From contig NC_042998.1 in the NCBI RefSeq assembly GCF_006345805.1, positions 46,128,001 to 46,192,000 of the forward strand: 64,000 bases of DNA, in the 5' to 3' direction. The notes under the pieces are model-generated. The model did not search any database. It had not been told where the DNA came from and saw only the letters and a program-made list of their open reading frames with translations. The stretch's first letter is position 1. Each line of letters begins with the position of its first letter. The DNA comes from Octopus sinensis (taxonomy: Eukaryota). Of the stretch, positions 25,627 to 38,358 are shown piece after piece. The translations under genes and the position numbers were made by a program.

Positions 25627-26116
25627 GAAAAATGGTGTAATAAGACTAAAACATATCATTTTCATCAGTTCAGATCCAATCCAGTCCACATTGTTTATTT
25701 TGTCCAAACTTTCCAAAAAGCTGACTTCATTGGAATTAGCTCCCTTCTTTTTAGATTCTTTTTAACCCCTAGAAGTTTTTGTTTATTAACTCCTTGAATA
25801 TTCTCAGTTTTTCAAGTCAGTATATTGCATATGTTAGACCCTTCCATCATATTTTAATATCACTTTTCCATGCTTGCATGGGTCAGATGGAATTTGCTGG
25901 GGCAGATTTTTTTTATGGCTGGGTACCCTTCCTGTCACCAACTCTCACTTGTTTCCAACCAAGGTAATATTTTCTCTAAGCTAGACATTTTTCATGAAAA
26001 ACTGGAAAGGAACAACCTCGTTAGTGTGATGATGATGCTTATTACAACCACCATGTATTGTCTAGGTAAGGGTACACACACACACACTCATACATACATA
26101 TAGATATCTTTCTCTT

Positions 26117-26150
<34 letters not shown>

Positions 26151-26441
26151 GACTGGCTTGGCACAAAACAAGCCACAACGCTAATGGATTTATAATGTGG
26201 CAGATTTAGAATTTTTTCCCAGTAACTCATACTAAAGAAAGTTGAAACCTTGGTATATGAGCATCTGAATGGCATAATTCTTATAGGTATACTTTTTAAT
26301 GTCTTAATTCTTTATCTGTTTCCTCGCTTACTGTTATTTTCTGTTATTTTGGTGCCTTCTGGTGGTTGAATTAGGACTTTAGCTCTTATTTCTAAACAGG
26401 TTGATGCTTTTCCTGCATCCTTATGCTCCGTGCTAATTTAA

Positions 26442-26483
<42 letters not shown>

Positions 26484-26729
26484 GGCTTCTTTCAGTTTCC
26501 ATCTATCAAATCTACTCATAAGGCTACAGTAGAAGACACTTGTTCAAGGTGCCATGCAGTGGGACTGAACCCAAGACCTATGGTTGGGAAGTAAGCTTCT
26601 TAATCACGCAGCCATGCCTGCACCTACTTGTATTTTATATGCAGAATGCTATCCTGAGGTGTTTTCCCTTGGCTTTATTGTTGATATCAGCAATAAAAGA
26701 CAGAATAATCACAATTTCCCTTAAACTGA

Positions 26730-26955
26730 ATCATTATCATCATCATCATCATCGTTTAACGTCCGCCTTCCATGCTAGCATGGGTTGGACGATTTTGACT
26801 GAGGGCTGGCGAACCAGATGGCCGCACCAGGCTCCAATCTTGATCTGGCAGAGTTTCTACGGCTGGATGCCCTTCTTAATGCCATCCACTCCGAGAGTGT
26901 AGTGGGTGCTTTTACGTGCCACCGGCACGGGGCCAGTCAGGCGGGACTGGCAATG
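26730..26955 (-). mobile_element. RTE 3' tail fragment
   Basis: (CAT)n then CGTTTAACGTCCGCCTTCCATGCTAGCATGGG, reverse complement of the RTE terminus. Confidence 0.85.
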
Positions 26956-27045
26956 AATACATTACTTTAATAGCCATATTCTATCCACATAACAGAATGA
27001 CTTAAATTACTTCATTATGAAATCCCTTTAATATTTACTGTACTG

Positions 27046-27503
27046 AAGGTGGTGAGCTGGTTGAATCGTTAGCACACTGGGCAAGATGCTTAGTCATATT
27101 CCATCTATCCTAACTTTCTGAGTTCAAATTCTGCTGGGGTCGACTTTGCCTTTCATCCTTTTAAGGCCAATAAAATAAGTACCAGTTGAACACTGGGGTC
27201 GATGTAATAGACTCAGCCTCCCATCCCCCCCAGACCTGCTCGCCTTGTACCAAAATTTGAAATCTATATTTACTGTACTACCATATAAGGTGGCGATCAG
27301 GCAGAATCACTATCAAGCAATACAAAATGCTCAGTGGCATTTCTTCCAACTTATCATTCTGAGTTCAAATGTTGCCGAGGTTGACTTTGCCTTTTGTCAT
27401 TTTGGTGGGTTGGTAAAATAAGTACCAGTTGAGCTTTGGGATTGATGAATCAACTTACCCTTTCTCCCACCAATTGCTGGCCTTGTACCAAAATTTGAAA
27501 CCA
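27046..27503 (+). mobile_element. Two head-to-tail SINE family B copies
   Basis: Heads at ~27046 and ~27288, each ending CCAAAATTTGAAA. Confidence 0.8.
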
Positions 27504-27704
27504 ATGTTGTGTGTAGTGTAGATAATATATTAAACTTAAGACAAGCTGACAACTACAGCATGAAAACTAATATTGGTGTTCTTTTGAATTATTGTCTTGA
27601 GGGAAGTGTTAGTTGTTATTTATGCCAGGTTTGATAAAAGGTATTCTAGTATGATCATCTCGACATTTTTCTGGCCACAGTGTGTGTAGGACTAGATTAT
27701 TTAA

Positions 27705-28442
27705 CCCTTTAGTATTCAGATTATTCAGTCAAATGTAAAAGGGGTAAACATCCCCTTCGGTCATGAATGACCATGGGATTGCACCTAGAAAGTTATCCTC
27801 TGAGAGACAAGTCCAGGCAAAGTTGTTTATAGAAGACCAGAAGTCGCCCGTGCATACCATCTTTCCCTCTTCATGCCGCTGTTGTTATCCAAGGGAAAGG
27901 CAAAGGCCAATACAGCTTGGCACCAGTAATGTCACAACTCATTTTTATTATTGAATAAACTGAACAACGTGAAATAAAGTGTCTTGCTCAAGGACACAAC
28001 ACAGCCTGGGTCAGGGAATTGAACTCACTACCTTATGATTGTGAACCTGACACTCTAGCCACTGAGTCATGTATCTTCTCATCAAATGTAATATTTATTT
28101 ACATTGTTTTTGTATTAATCATGCATTAACTTGTTATTCTGAAATTTTCACAATGTGATGGTTTATTTTTAGAATGATATTGTAGGATAGGTGTAAGAGG
28201 CCAGTTCTGGCCAGTTTAACCCTTTAACATTCAGATTTTTCTGTCAAATGTAATGCTTATTTATTCATATTGTTTTGAAATAATCATGCATTATCTCATA
28301 GCTTTGAGAGTTCAATAATGTGATTGTTGCATTTTTTAAAATGTCATTGTAGGGTAGGTGTGAGAGATCAGATCTGGCTGGTTTAAACATAAAACAAATA
28401 AAATATTTGGTCCTGATATAGTTGGTTTGTAAGCTAAAGGGT
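27705..28442 (+). mobile_element. Two piggyBac-type MITEs in tandem; the first is interrupted by a SINE family C copy (27739-28081, - strand)
   Basis: TTAA|CCCTTTA.(C/T)ATTCAGA at 27701 and 28216, right end GCTAAAGGG at ~28442. The SINE is flanked by a duplicated TCAAATGTAA (~27729 and ~28082). Confidence 0.75.
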
Positions 28443-28456
28443 TTATGCTACATCCA

Positions 28457-28720
28457 TTTTCTTTTTATGGTAGAGTGTTAGTTGAGAGAGATTGAGCTGC
28501 TATTTCTAGGAGATTAAATAACCTCATAGAGTCTCCCTTATTTGCCCTAAGTAAATACCTGTTTTAATTTTTTGTGTAGTACTATACTTTTCTTTTTATG
28601 GTAGAGTGTTAATTGAGAGAGATTGAGCTACTATTTCTAGGAGATTAAATAACCTCATAGAGTCTCTCTTATTTGCCCTAAGCAAATACCTGTTTTAATT
28701 TTTTGTGTAGTACTATACTT
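28457..28720. repeat. Tandem duplication of ~132 bp
   Basis: TTTTCTTTTTATGGTAGAGTGTTA...GTAGTACTATACTT twice with few differences. Confidence 0.9.
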
Positions 28721-29887
28721 GAGGTTTTTATACTCATTTCCATCCTTCTTTAACCATATTTGGATGTGCTCTGTAACTTAGCTCCTGAATAAAAAAAAAG
28801 AGCCTATTTAGAGCATCAAGATATATTTTTTGTTTTATTTTTAATGATAGTTAATAGCTGTGTCATTGTTCTTAGTTGACAATGGTGGGGGCAGCAGTAA
28901 AGGTGATGGTAGTGGTAGAAGTGATTTGAATGTTGTTATAGTATAGTGGTGGTGGTGTTGTTGTTGTTGTTGTTGGTGGTGGTGATGATTTGGGTGATAG
29001 CAGCAGCAATTATCAGGCTAGTATTGATAAGTGATGGTGAATGGGTGATGTTTATGATGGAAACAACGATAATAATAATTACATGGTGAATACATTTTAG
29101 GTGCATTTTTTAGGCTTCAAAGCTATATTTAGCAGACCCCATCCATCCCTGTTTGATAATAGTTAAAGGTCACAAATACCCTTTGAGTAATTTTTGTAAG
29201 TCCTTTTCCATAAAAACTGAACATCAAATACATCAATATTTCCTAATATAGATCTATAGTGGATAAGATATTAAACTTTAGACAAGCTGACAACTGAGAT
29301 ATTGCTATGTAGTTGCTATAACACTGTAAAAGCAAATACATTTTCAATCAATGATCAAAACCTGTACTTACCACTAAATACCGTAAACTCAGTCGATGAA
29401 AGATCAATGGGTTGTTATCATATCTTACCAATGCTGCACTGATTTCTAGATGCTTAATAATATTTATGCACTGATTCTGTTCTCCTAACCCCAAATTAGC
29501 ACCATGATTAGGTACAAATAAACAACACGTTTGTAAACTGTGGACACTGTTTAATTAACTTACTGATTTCAAATGCTGTTGTAAAGTCTTCACTATTATA
29601 CAAGAACTTGTGCTGTAGTTCTTAGGTAGTTTTAATATATAATAGTAATTTTTTAAATATAATGCTTAAAGTGGATCTGATATAAATGTATCAGCCACTG
29701 AATAGTTATGTAATAGGTGTGGCTGTGTTGTATGAAGTTTGCTTCCAAAACACATGGTTCTGGGTTCAGTCCCATTGCATGGTATCTAGGGAAAATGTCT
29801 TCTACTATAACCTAGGGTCAATCAAAGTCTTATGAGTGAATTTGGTAGATGGAAACTGAAAGAAGCCTGTTGTGTATGTGTGTTTGT

Positions 29888-30772
29888 TTCATACATGATC
29901 AGCTATACCCAATTCATCAATATCTCCTTGTGTCACAGTTTTGCGATGTTCTTCTATGCTTATTTTGAGGGGGTGGCATGTTTTGCTGTTGTCTAACCTA
30001 CCACAGCTGCATGGGATAGAGTACACACAGTTTTTGGTCATATTCTCTTCTATTGGTGGTTTTACCCGAAGGAGATATTTGTGAAGTGTTGTCTTGTAAA
30101 TATCTCCTTCAGGTAAAACCACCAATAGAGGAGAATATAACCAAAAACTGTGTGTACTCTATCCCATGAAGCTGTGGTAGGTTATACAAAGGTGAAACAT
30201 ATACCGCCCCCTCAAAATAAGGGTAGAGGAACATCGCAAAGCTGTGACACAAGGAGATATTGATAAATCGGGTATAGTTGATCATGTATGGAAAAATGGA
30301 GACCACCTTCCCCTGTGGGATGAAGTTAAAATAATAGACAGAGAACACCACTGGAAAATACGAAAACTAAAAGAAGCAGCCCATATGCTAGGACACAACA
30401 ACCTCCTAAGCAGACCGAGTGCAGATATGAATAGCATATGGGAACCGGTATTGAGGAAGGATAGGAAAATATTAGATATATAAGCCCTAAAAAATTCACA
30501 TCATAATTGCCATGGGCATATGGGGTAGTGGTAAAGAGTGCGGGCTACTAACCCCAAGATTCCAAGTTCAATTCCTGAATACTACTGCTACTACTACTAA
30601 TAATAATAATAGCATTAGGAATGAGAACCCAGGTTCAAACTTTCCCCAAGACACCTGATGAAGGCTGGAAGGTATATCGACTGAAACGTGTTAACAACAA
30701 ACAAGATGAGGATAAATATCCGTCAAATGTAAATAATGTACATAATTCCTCATCTCTTAAATATAGAACTGT
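29888..30772 (+). mobile_element. Penelope-like element 3' end (GIY-YIG C-terminus plus pLTR) with an inverted 5' segment, inserted into a SINE A
   Basis: + strand reads NCVYSIP*SCGRLYKGET...RVEEHRKAV...SGIVDHVWKNGDH...RKLKEAAHM. The same peptide lies on the - strand at 29889-30125. SINE A halves sit at 29714-29887 and 30774-30857. Confidence 0.9.
30650..30692 (+). ncRNA. Degenerate minimal type I hammerhead ribozyme motif in the PLE pLTR
   Basis: GACAC-CTGATGA-AGGCTGGAAGGTATATCGACT-GAAA-C-GTGTT. Both core boxes and stem I (GACAC/GTGTT) are present; stem II is imperfect and the stem III/cleavage triplet looks deleted. Confidence 0.6.
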
Positions 30773-31064
30773 AGAGTTGATTCATTCAACTAAAATTTTT
30801 CAGGGCAGTGCCCTAGCATGGCTGCAACCAAATGACTGAAACAAGCAAAAGAATAAAGTTTTTATTTGCTAGTCAAAGACTACTCGTCATCATCATCATC
30901 ATCATCATTTAACATCTGTTAACTGCCTGTTAAATGAAGATGGTGTCATACCCCAAAGTTTATTTTGGCATGGTTTCTATGGGTGGGCAGCCTTTCTAAT
31001 GCCATATATTGGGTTATTATTATTTGCCATGGTCAACTTTACCTTTCTTCTTTTTAGGGTCAAT

Positions 31065-31417
31065 AAGACTACGTGCCTTCATTGGTCAGTTAAAGTTGAG
31101 ACAGTGTCACATAACAACTTGCTGGGGCTGCCTGCTGGAGCCTAGCGGCAGGTATTTAAAGGAAAAAATTTGACAAGACAGTCAGTCATCCACTGACACT
31201 CATTAACACTACATTGGAAATGCCAGGGAACAGAAGAAAGAAGAAAGAAGACATGCACCCAACACCAGAGCTGAAGACATCTCCAAAAGTGGGGGGGGGG
31301 GCGCAACGTCAAAACGGTAGAGGTGTAGGGGCCCAAACCGGATGTGGTTCCTCCTGATGATCTCTTGAGCTAACTGGATCCTATAAAGGAGCTGTTGTGG
31401 TAGCAGATCACGAAACA
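31065..31417 (+). mobile_element. Solo-LTR-like repeat, copy 1
   Basis: Homologous in reverse orientation to 43210-43592. TATTTAAA box, ends CACGAAACA, no coding potential; no TSD seen. Confidence 0.55.
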
Positions 31418-32019
31418 CAGTTGAAATTCCATAAAGTACCAGTTGATTACATTGTTTGAGATCAAAGTAATCAACTGACCCACTCCCACCAAAATGGCTG
31501 GCCTTGTACCAAAAATTTGAAGCCATTAACTTTGTCTTTTATCCTTTCGGTTGGGTGATAAATAAATACCAGATGAGCATTGGGGTCAATAGTAATCAAA
31601 CTACCCCTCCCCAGAAATTTCAGGCCTTGTGCATATAGAAGAAAGGATTATTACTATTATTTCTTCAATAGTTTCATATTAGTTTCTCCTGCACTACCTG
31701 GTGCTGCAGGTGTTCTTTAGATGTGTATAACATTGTTTGTTCTTACTTTAGTGGGTTATGAAGGTGTATAGATTCCTCCTGTTAGTATTCTGCACAATTT
31801 GTTTTATGGGGTTTAGCCTGTTGTTCCTTGAGTTATATAATCATTTGTTCTACTGTGTATAATAAGTTGTGTTATTTTATTGGGCATTAATTTTGTATAG
31901 TAAATGTTGTATGAGCTGTGTTGTTTTATATTATTAGGTGTTAATTGTATAGGGTACGGGTTGTGTGTGTAAATTATTCTATTTGATCTGTGCTATTGAA
32001 TCGATAATGTCTTGTGCAG

Positions 32020-33590
32020 GATAAGGACTGTTCTTAGTAGAGTTATTTATTTTTAATGGTGTGTAGTATGTTTTTGTTCATATTTTTTTAATCATACCTC
32101 ATGCCCCACTTTTTTTGCCTTATATCTTAAATATTTCAATTTTAAGATCTTTGTATTTTAACAGCTATCCAATGTCTTTTGGGGTAATATTTTGGTCAAA
32201 ATGATGTGTATTTTATTTTTATTTTCCAGTCCTTTATCATTATGGCTGGATAGTTATCCTTGATATCTTTGTCAGTTTGGACAAACATATCCCTGGTGAT
32301 TGTGGTCAGGTTATTGTGCAGTACCATGTTTGGTACATATTTTCACATCTAAGTGTCGATATATTGCCCAATGAATATATATTTCTTTACTATCCACAAG
32401 GGACTAAACACAGAGAGGACAAACAAGGACAGACAAACAGATTAAGTCGATTACATCGACCCTAGTGCATAACTGGTACTTAATTTATCGACCCCGAAAG
32501 GATGAAAGGCAAAGTCGACCTCGGCGGAATTTGAACTCGGAACGTAACGACAGACGAAATACGGCTACACATTTCACCCGGCGTGCCAACGTTTCTGCCA
32601 GTTCGCTGCCTTTATTGCCCAATGGATATAGCTGTCAACTTATAGCTGTCCGTGTATATACTGTAGCAAGCTTATCATGCCTACACTTTCTAAATTGATC
32701 CTGAGTGAATACTGGACACTCTGATGCAATCTGAGGTATGGTTTTATCTGAATTATCATATATTCTACATTCGGGCGAGCAGTTCTGTTGATTTATCATC
32801 CTCTTGATCCATTTTTACCTTTAGAACTGGTTCCTGTGCTGCCAAGATCATTTCTTCAGTATCCCTTTCTTTAATCATAGCCAGTTATCTTTGTCATCCC
32901 TTATTTCTTCTGTGATTTTGAAAAATGCTGTCAAAGCTTCTTTCCTAAAAATTTTGATTTCCTCTTTTCTACATTTTCCTGTTTTTTTTTTTTAATTTTA
33001 TTTTTGGGTTCTACGCATTCAGTACATAGTTCTTCACTTAAGAAGTGTTTTGTTTTCTTTTTCTTCTAGACTTGTCTTCTGTAGTTCTACTTCTGCAACA
33101 CTCTTTAACTTTCTTTCTCCTTCTGTTCTTTTTCTGTGTCACCATCCACAAGAGATTGGAAATGTATTCTGTGCATCTTGAGTTGTTTTCTTGTTGATGT
33201 CCTTCAACTCACCTTCTCTCCATTCAATAACTCTTGTTCGATTTATTATTAGGGACTCTGCTTCAGATTGATTGCTTGTATGATGGTTCCTGCATTCAAT
33301 TTGGATTTTATAATATTCTTCAATCTGAAAATATTCATTATTGAGGATTTCCCTCCGTTCTATACTTTTGATATTGCCAATTTTCAGTATTCCTAGATAT
33401 TCATTATGTTTCTTTTGCATTTAATGATTTTATAATCTCATCATTTGGCAGGTCTTTGCCAATAGTTTTTTTATGATTTCCCCATTTCATCTCCATCACT
33501 GCATACTTTTTGATTTCAAGAGTCATCCCAATGTCATTACAAAATATTCTTACAGTGTGTGCTAAGAAATCCAGTTGGTTTTACTAAATA
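32020..33590 (-). mobile_element. Highly degenerate R4/Dong-type LINE (late RT to RLE), interrupted by a SINE B (32380-32611)
   Basis: The - strand gives KYKDLKIEIFKI at ~32120-32158 and EYLGILKIGNIK in the ORF at 33139-33420. The SINE is flanked by a duplicated TATTGCCCAATG. Confidence 0.65.
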
Positions 33591-34611
33591 TTCTTGCAGT
33601 TTGCACTGAGGAGATAACTTGGTGATATTTCTGGTGCTTGACATTCTGCGTTCAAATTCTCCTAAGTCAACTTTGCCTTTCATCTTTTCAGGGTCAATAA
33701 AATAAATTACAAGTCAAGTACTGGGGTTAATCTAATTAACTTGTTCTTCCTCTCAAAATTGCTGACCTTGTGCCAAAATTTAAAATGATGATAATTATTG
33801 CTTTAAAAATCTCCTCCATTGCACCAAGTTTGCAGTTGGTATAAATGTTGCATGGCCCAAATTTTTGAGGGCCTGGATGGTTTTCTACTTCATGTGGCAA
33901 AAAGACAGAGTTCATATATTCAAGATACCTTTGATATTATTTCCAAAATTAACAATTTCTGTAAGTATTGAAATAGTTTTGAAAACTGTTTAGTAGTAAC
34001 CATGGATGTTTCTTCACTTTACATCAACATTGACCATGATGAAAGGGTGAAAATGTGTATGAACATCTTTGCAAAGCAGTTAGACTCCAACTAATTTCCT
34101 TTACAAATTACTGAAGTTTGTATTACAAAGCAACATAATGAAGTTGGGAGAGAACATTTACCTCCAGATGAAGGAATATGCCATGGATATCTCATGACAG
34201 TTAATTTAGTTAATGTCTTTATGACAAAATTTGAGCTACAATTACTCAAAACGTTTAAATCACTGCACAAATGAACTACTCCTTTGGTTATGGTTCATCG
34301 ATGATATCTTTTTTGTTTGGGTAGGAATTGAGGATAGCCTAATTAAGTTTTTGTATTGCTGTAACAGCTTCACACAAAACTATAGCTTTAAGTCCAATAT
34401 AAAATTCTTGTTGAGTTATTCAAAAGCTAGTATTGACAGTTTGGCCACAAAAGTTAAGTTTTCTGAAGGCTGCATAGTCACAAAGTTATTTTGTAAATCC
34501 ATGTCATTCCACATTTATCTTCACTGCCATTCCTATCATCCACACCATACAATTAAGTCAAATCCAAAGTCCCAAATTTTGAGAATAAAATGGGTTTATA
34601 CTAATGTAGGG

Positions 34612-34681
34612 GCTATATTAGCTTAATGGTACAGAGTACTCAGCCAGTATCTGAGAGGCATAGGGTTCAATTCTCTGTAGC
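34612..34681 (+). pseudogene. tRNA-like sequence (Thr-AGT-like anticodon arm); tRNA pseudogene or SINE head
   Basis: Acceptor-like GCTATA/TGTAGC, A box TAGCTTAATGGTA, stem-loop CTCAG-CCAGTAT-CTGAG, B box GGTTCAATTC, and a T-run ~15 nt downstream. Confidence 0.55.
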
Positions 34682-34704
34682 AACTTGCTAGCATCTTTTT
34701 TTAT

Positions 34705-35102
34705 GGACTCAGAAGTGGCTTTTTGGTAAGAAGTTTGCTTCTGAACCACATGGTTCTTGGTTCAGTTCCACTGTCCGGCAACTTGGACAAGTATCTTCCA
34801 CTATAGCCTTGAGCTGGCCAAAGCTTTCTGAGTAGATTTGGTAGACAGAAACTGTAAGAAGCCCATTGTACATACACACACACATGTATACATGTGTGTG
34901 TGTGTATGTGACTTTGTGTTTGTCTCTCCACCACTGCTTGACAACCAGTCTTGGTGTGTTTACATTCCCATAACTTAGCAGTTCAGCAAAAGGGTTTGAT
35001 AGAATAAGTACTGGGGGATCAATTAATTTGACTAAAAATTCTTCACAGCAGTGCCCCAGCATGGCAACAGTCTAATGATTGAAATAAGTAAAAGATAAAA
35101 AT
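34705..35102 (+). mobile_element. SINE family A nested in the PLE
   Basis: Head, central (CA/TG)n and tail recognisable. Confidence 0.82.
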
Positions 35103-35524
35103 AGGAAATTATTGTAAACACACAAATGATTTTGTGTACCATTACATCAAGCCACCATTATAGTGAATCATGATTGAAGGAAATGACAGCTAAAATTAAC
35201 GATGACTGTAAAAGTTTTATGCTTAATTATAACAATCAAAGTAAAATTTATGGTTGAATTCCTTTAGTGATTAGCTAGCACTGAAATTTCCCTGGCATTT
35301 CAAAAGTGTTGCATAATAGTTATCGACATATTTTACATAAATATCCTTGTTTCAAAAAAATCTTTCCTCATTTGCCTATTGTAGCTTTTAGACACAATAA
35401 AAATGTGAGACAAATCTTATCCAGTACTTTTAATCATAACCAAAGCTCCATTGGAGTTTCTGAATGCTGTTCTGCAAAAAATAGTTGTAAGAAAGGTAAG
35501 CACTGTTCATTGTGCAATAACATG

Positions 35525-35806
35525 TGTCAGGTCAGCTCCATGTCTTGCAAACAACTTGCACATGCAAGTGCTACCAGTCAAAAACTTTGCATTCCGGAAG
35601 CCAGCAAGTGTATGGGGTCATCAGGAGAGAATGCGCGCCGTTTCGGGACCTCCCTCTCGATGGCATCAATGCACACCGGCCCCCCACCACTGATATGAGG
35701 CCCCGCTTGCTAGATCAGCTGGTTATCAAATAAAGCTCAATATTCTTCTAGCCATCGCTCATCGTCTCTTTTTAACCTAATCCAGTGGCTAGCCTTCTCC
35801 ACTATA
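35525..35806 (+). mobile_element. GC-richer LTR-like insertion in the PLE
   Basis: Abrupt composition shift interrupting the PLE reading; AATAAA at ~35729; ends CCACTATA; no TSD found. Confidence 0.4.
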
Positions 35807-36124
35807 GTTTGAATATCAGTCATGGTGGTATTGACTTTACAATGAGTTAGGCCTAATGATAACAACAGTTGTCTCACACTGTGTCCAACGAACCCTCTAC
35901 ATCCAACTTTGATTGGATAAATTCTAGCAGAAATGTTATGATTTATCCAGAAGATGGGATCTCTAATGATTCCCATTTGGTGTATGTTACTGAATGCACC
36001 AAACACAGCTTGATTTATGCTCGTTGCACAACAAAACAATTAAGCAAAAGATTTAATGAGTATAGGTAGGATATCAGGTACAATAACACAACTTCAGAAC
36101 TTGCTGAGCACTTTTCATCAAGGG

Positions 36125-36525
36125 TGAAAGCATGGCTGTGTGGTAAGAAGTTTGCTTCCCAACCACATGATTCTGGGTTCAGTTCCATTGTGTGGCACCT
36201 TGGGCAAGTGCTTTCTACTATAGCCTTGGGGCAATCAAAGCCTTGTGAGTCAATTTGGGAGATGGAAACAGAAAGAAGCCCATCATTTATATATATATGT
36301 ATCTATGTGTGTGAGACTTTGTGTCTGTGTTTGTCCCTCCCCCCACTCAATGCTTGACAACCAGTGTTGGTGTGTTTATGTCCCATAACTTACCAGTTCA
36401 GCAAAAGAGACTGATAAAATAAGTTCTAGGTTCAAGAAATAAGTCCTGAGGTTGATTTGTCTGACTAAAACCCTTTAAGGCAATGCTCCAGCATGCCCAC
36501 AGTCAAATAACTGAAACAAGTAAAT
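36125..36525 (+). mobile_element. SINE family A nested in the PLE endonuclease region
   Basis: Family A head to TGAAACAAGTAAA tail. Confidence 0.85.
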
Positions 36526-36550
36526 TGGATAAATAAAGTACACATTCTCA

Positions 36551-36613
36551 GAAAATATTTTGATTCCACTGAAAATATTTTGATTCCACTGAAAATATTT
36601 TGATTCCACTGAA
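36551..36613. repeat. 20 bp tandem repeat, three copies
   Basis: GAAAATATTTTGATTCCACT three times. Confidence 0.92.
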
Positions 36614-36756
36614 GGTAAATATATTTGTGAGTTATTAGCATCACATTCTGGAAGGATGAACTATATGATAAAAATTCTATCAGATTTATACAAAACTTTT
36701 TGGCTAAGCATTCTCATTCCCCTTTTCTTTTTTCTATATTTTTCTTATTTTAACTA

Positions 36757-38358
36757 TTAGGTTGTCTGGAAAGTTCTGAGCATTTTTTTAAACTGCAAAA
36801 AGGGATATAAATAATTGACCTTACAGTAAATTTTATTCAATTGAAATAATTTCCATTATTAATGGTATTTGCCCATCTATCAAGCAATTTAGATATTCCA
36901 TCAGCATAAAATTTGATTGGTTTTGAAGAAAAAATGTTATCTAGATACATTTTGACTAAATTGTTAAATGTTTTTTCCTTACGATGAGTAGAGACAAAAA
37001 CAAGTGGTAGTTGGATGGTGCTATATCAGGAGAATATGGTATATTGAGCAAGAGATCTCAGCCAAGTTCATATAACTTTATTTAAGTAGCCAAAGACATG
37101 TGTGGTCAAACTATGTCTTGTTGGAACACTACCCCTTTCCTGTTGGCAATCTATGGCCTCAATTCTTTGCTTTCTTTGGTTCAAATTAGCCAGCTGACGA
37201 CAGTACACATCAGAATTAATGGTCTGATTTTGTGGGAGAAACTCAATTATAAATAATGCCTTTATGATCCCACCGAACACAAAGCATAACGTTTTTGGCA
37301 TGGATATTCATCTTTGGTTGCTGTTTTGGGGAACCTTTATGCAAACTTCAGGATCCTTTTCACACTACATTTACGTACACAATCCATTTTTCATCTCCAG
37401 TCACATTTCAAAAACATATCACAAATGGCATACTGGTCCAAGCAATTCTTTTCTGAGAGTTTGTGAGGGACTCATACAATCATCATCATTTAACGTCCGC
37501 TTTCCATGCTAGCATGGATTGGACGAGTTGAATGAGGACTGGCAAACCAGATGGCTACACCAAGCTCCAATCTGATCTGACAGAGTTTCTACAGCTGGAT
37601 GCCCTTCCTAATGCCAACCAATCCGAGAGTGTAGTGGGTGCTTTTACGTGCCACCAGCACTAGGGCCAGTAGGCGGTACTGGCAATGGCCACTCTCAAAT
37701 AGTGCTTTTTACGTGCCACCTGCAGAGGAGTCAGTCTAGCGGCACTGGCAACGACCTTGCTCGAATGTTTTGTTCATGTGCCAGTAAGGCAACACAAGTA
37801 ACGATCACGCTCAAATGGTGCTTTTTACGTGCCACCAATATTACAAGAAATGTATCCTAGCTTCACTAGGTGTTCATGAGTTGCACTTTTAGAAACTTCC
37901 AACTCCTCTGCAAGTTCTCTAGTCATGATATTTGAATTTTCCTCAATTTTTGCCTTCAAAACATCTTCATCCAATTTTGAAAGTCTTCCACTGTGACTGC
38001 CATCTTTCAAGCTAAACTCTCCAGCTTTACATTTTGCAAATCATCTTTGAACAGTTGATTCACCTACAGTACCATCACCATAAGCTTCACAAATATGTTT
38101 ACAAGACTGCAGTATTTTCTCCTTTTTTAAAAAAGAAAAGCATTACAACATGAATATGCAATTGCTGGTTATCCATTTCAAATGTCAATAAAGGGTAACC
38201 GGAATGAAAAGTAAATCTATTTTTAGCCAGGAACAAAGAAGAGATGCACTCCCACTTGAAGCAACACCAAAGTTTTAAATGTGTTACGTATCAGGTGTGT
38301 TCAATGAAGCATTGAAAGATTTAGCTTAAAAACACCCAGAACTTACCAGACATCCTAA
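36757..38358 (-). mobile_element. Mariner DNA transposon, defective, with an RTE tail inserted at ~37478-37835
   Basis: TIRs TA|TTAGGTTGTCTGGAAAGTTCTG and CAGAACTTACCAGACATCCTAA|TA. The - strand gives SGRLSKLDEDVLKAKIEEN...TRELAEEL, FLPQNQTINSDVYCRQL and PYSPDIAPSNYHLFLSL. Confidence 0.92.

Noticed and set aside
30166-30168. In-frame TGA at a Cys position of the PLE endonuclease, suggesting selenocysteine as in Naiad PLEs
   Set aside because: The inverted duplicate has TGC at this codon, so it is most simply a point mutation; no SECIS was recognised.
31354-31417. CTGATGA...GAAA in the LTR-like repeat as a hammerhead
   Set aside because: No convincing stem II or stem I, and the second copy has TTGATGA.
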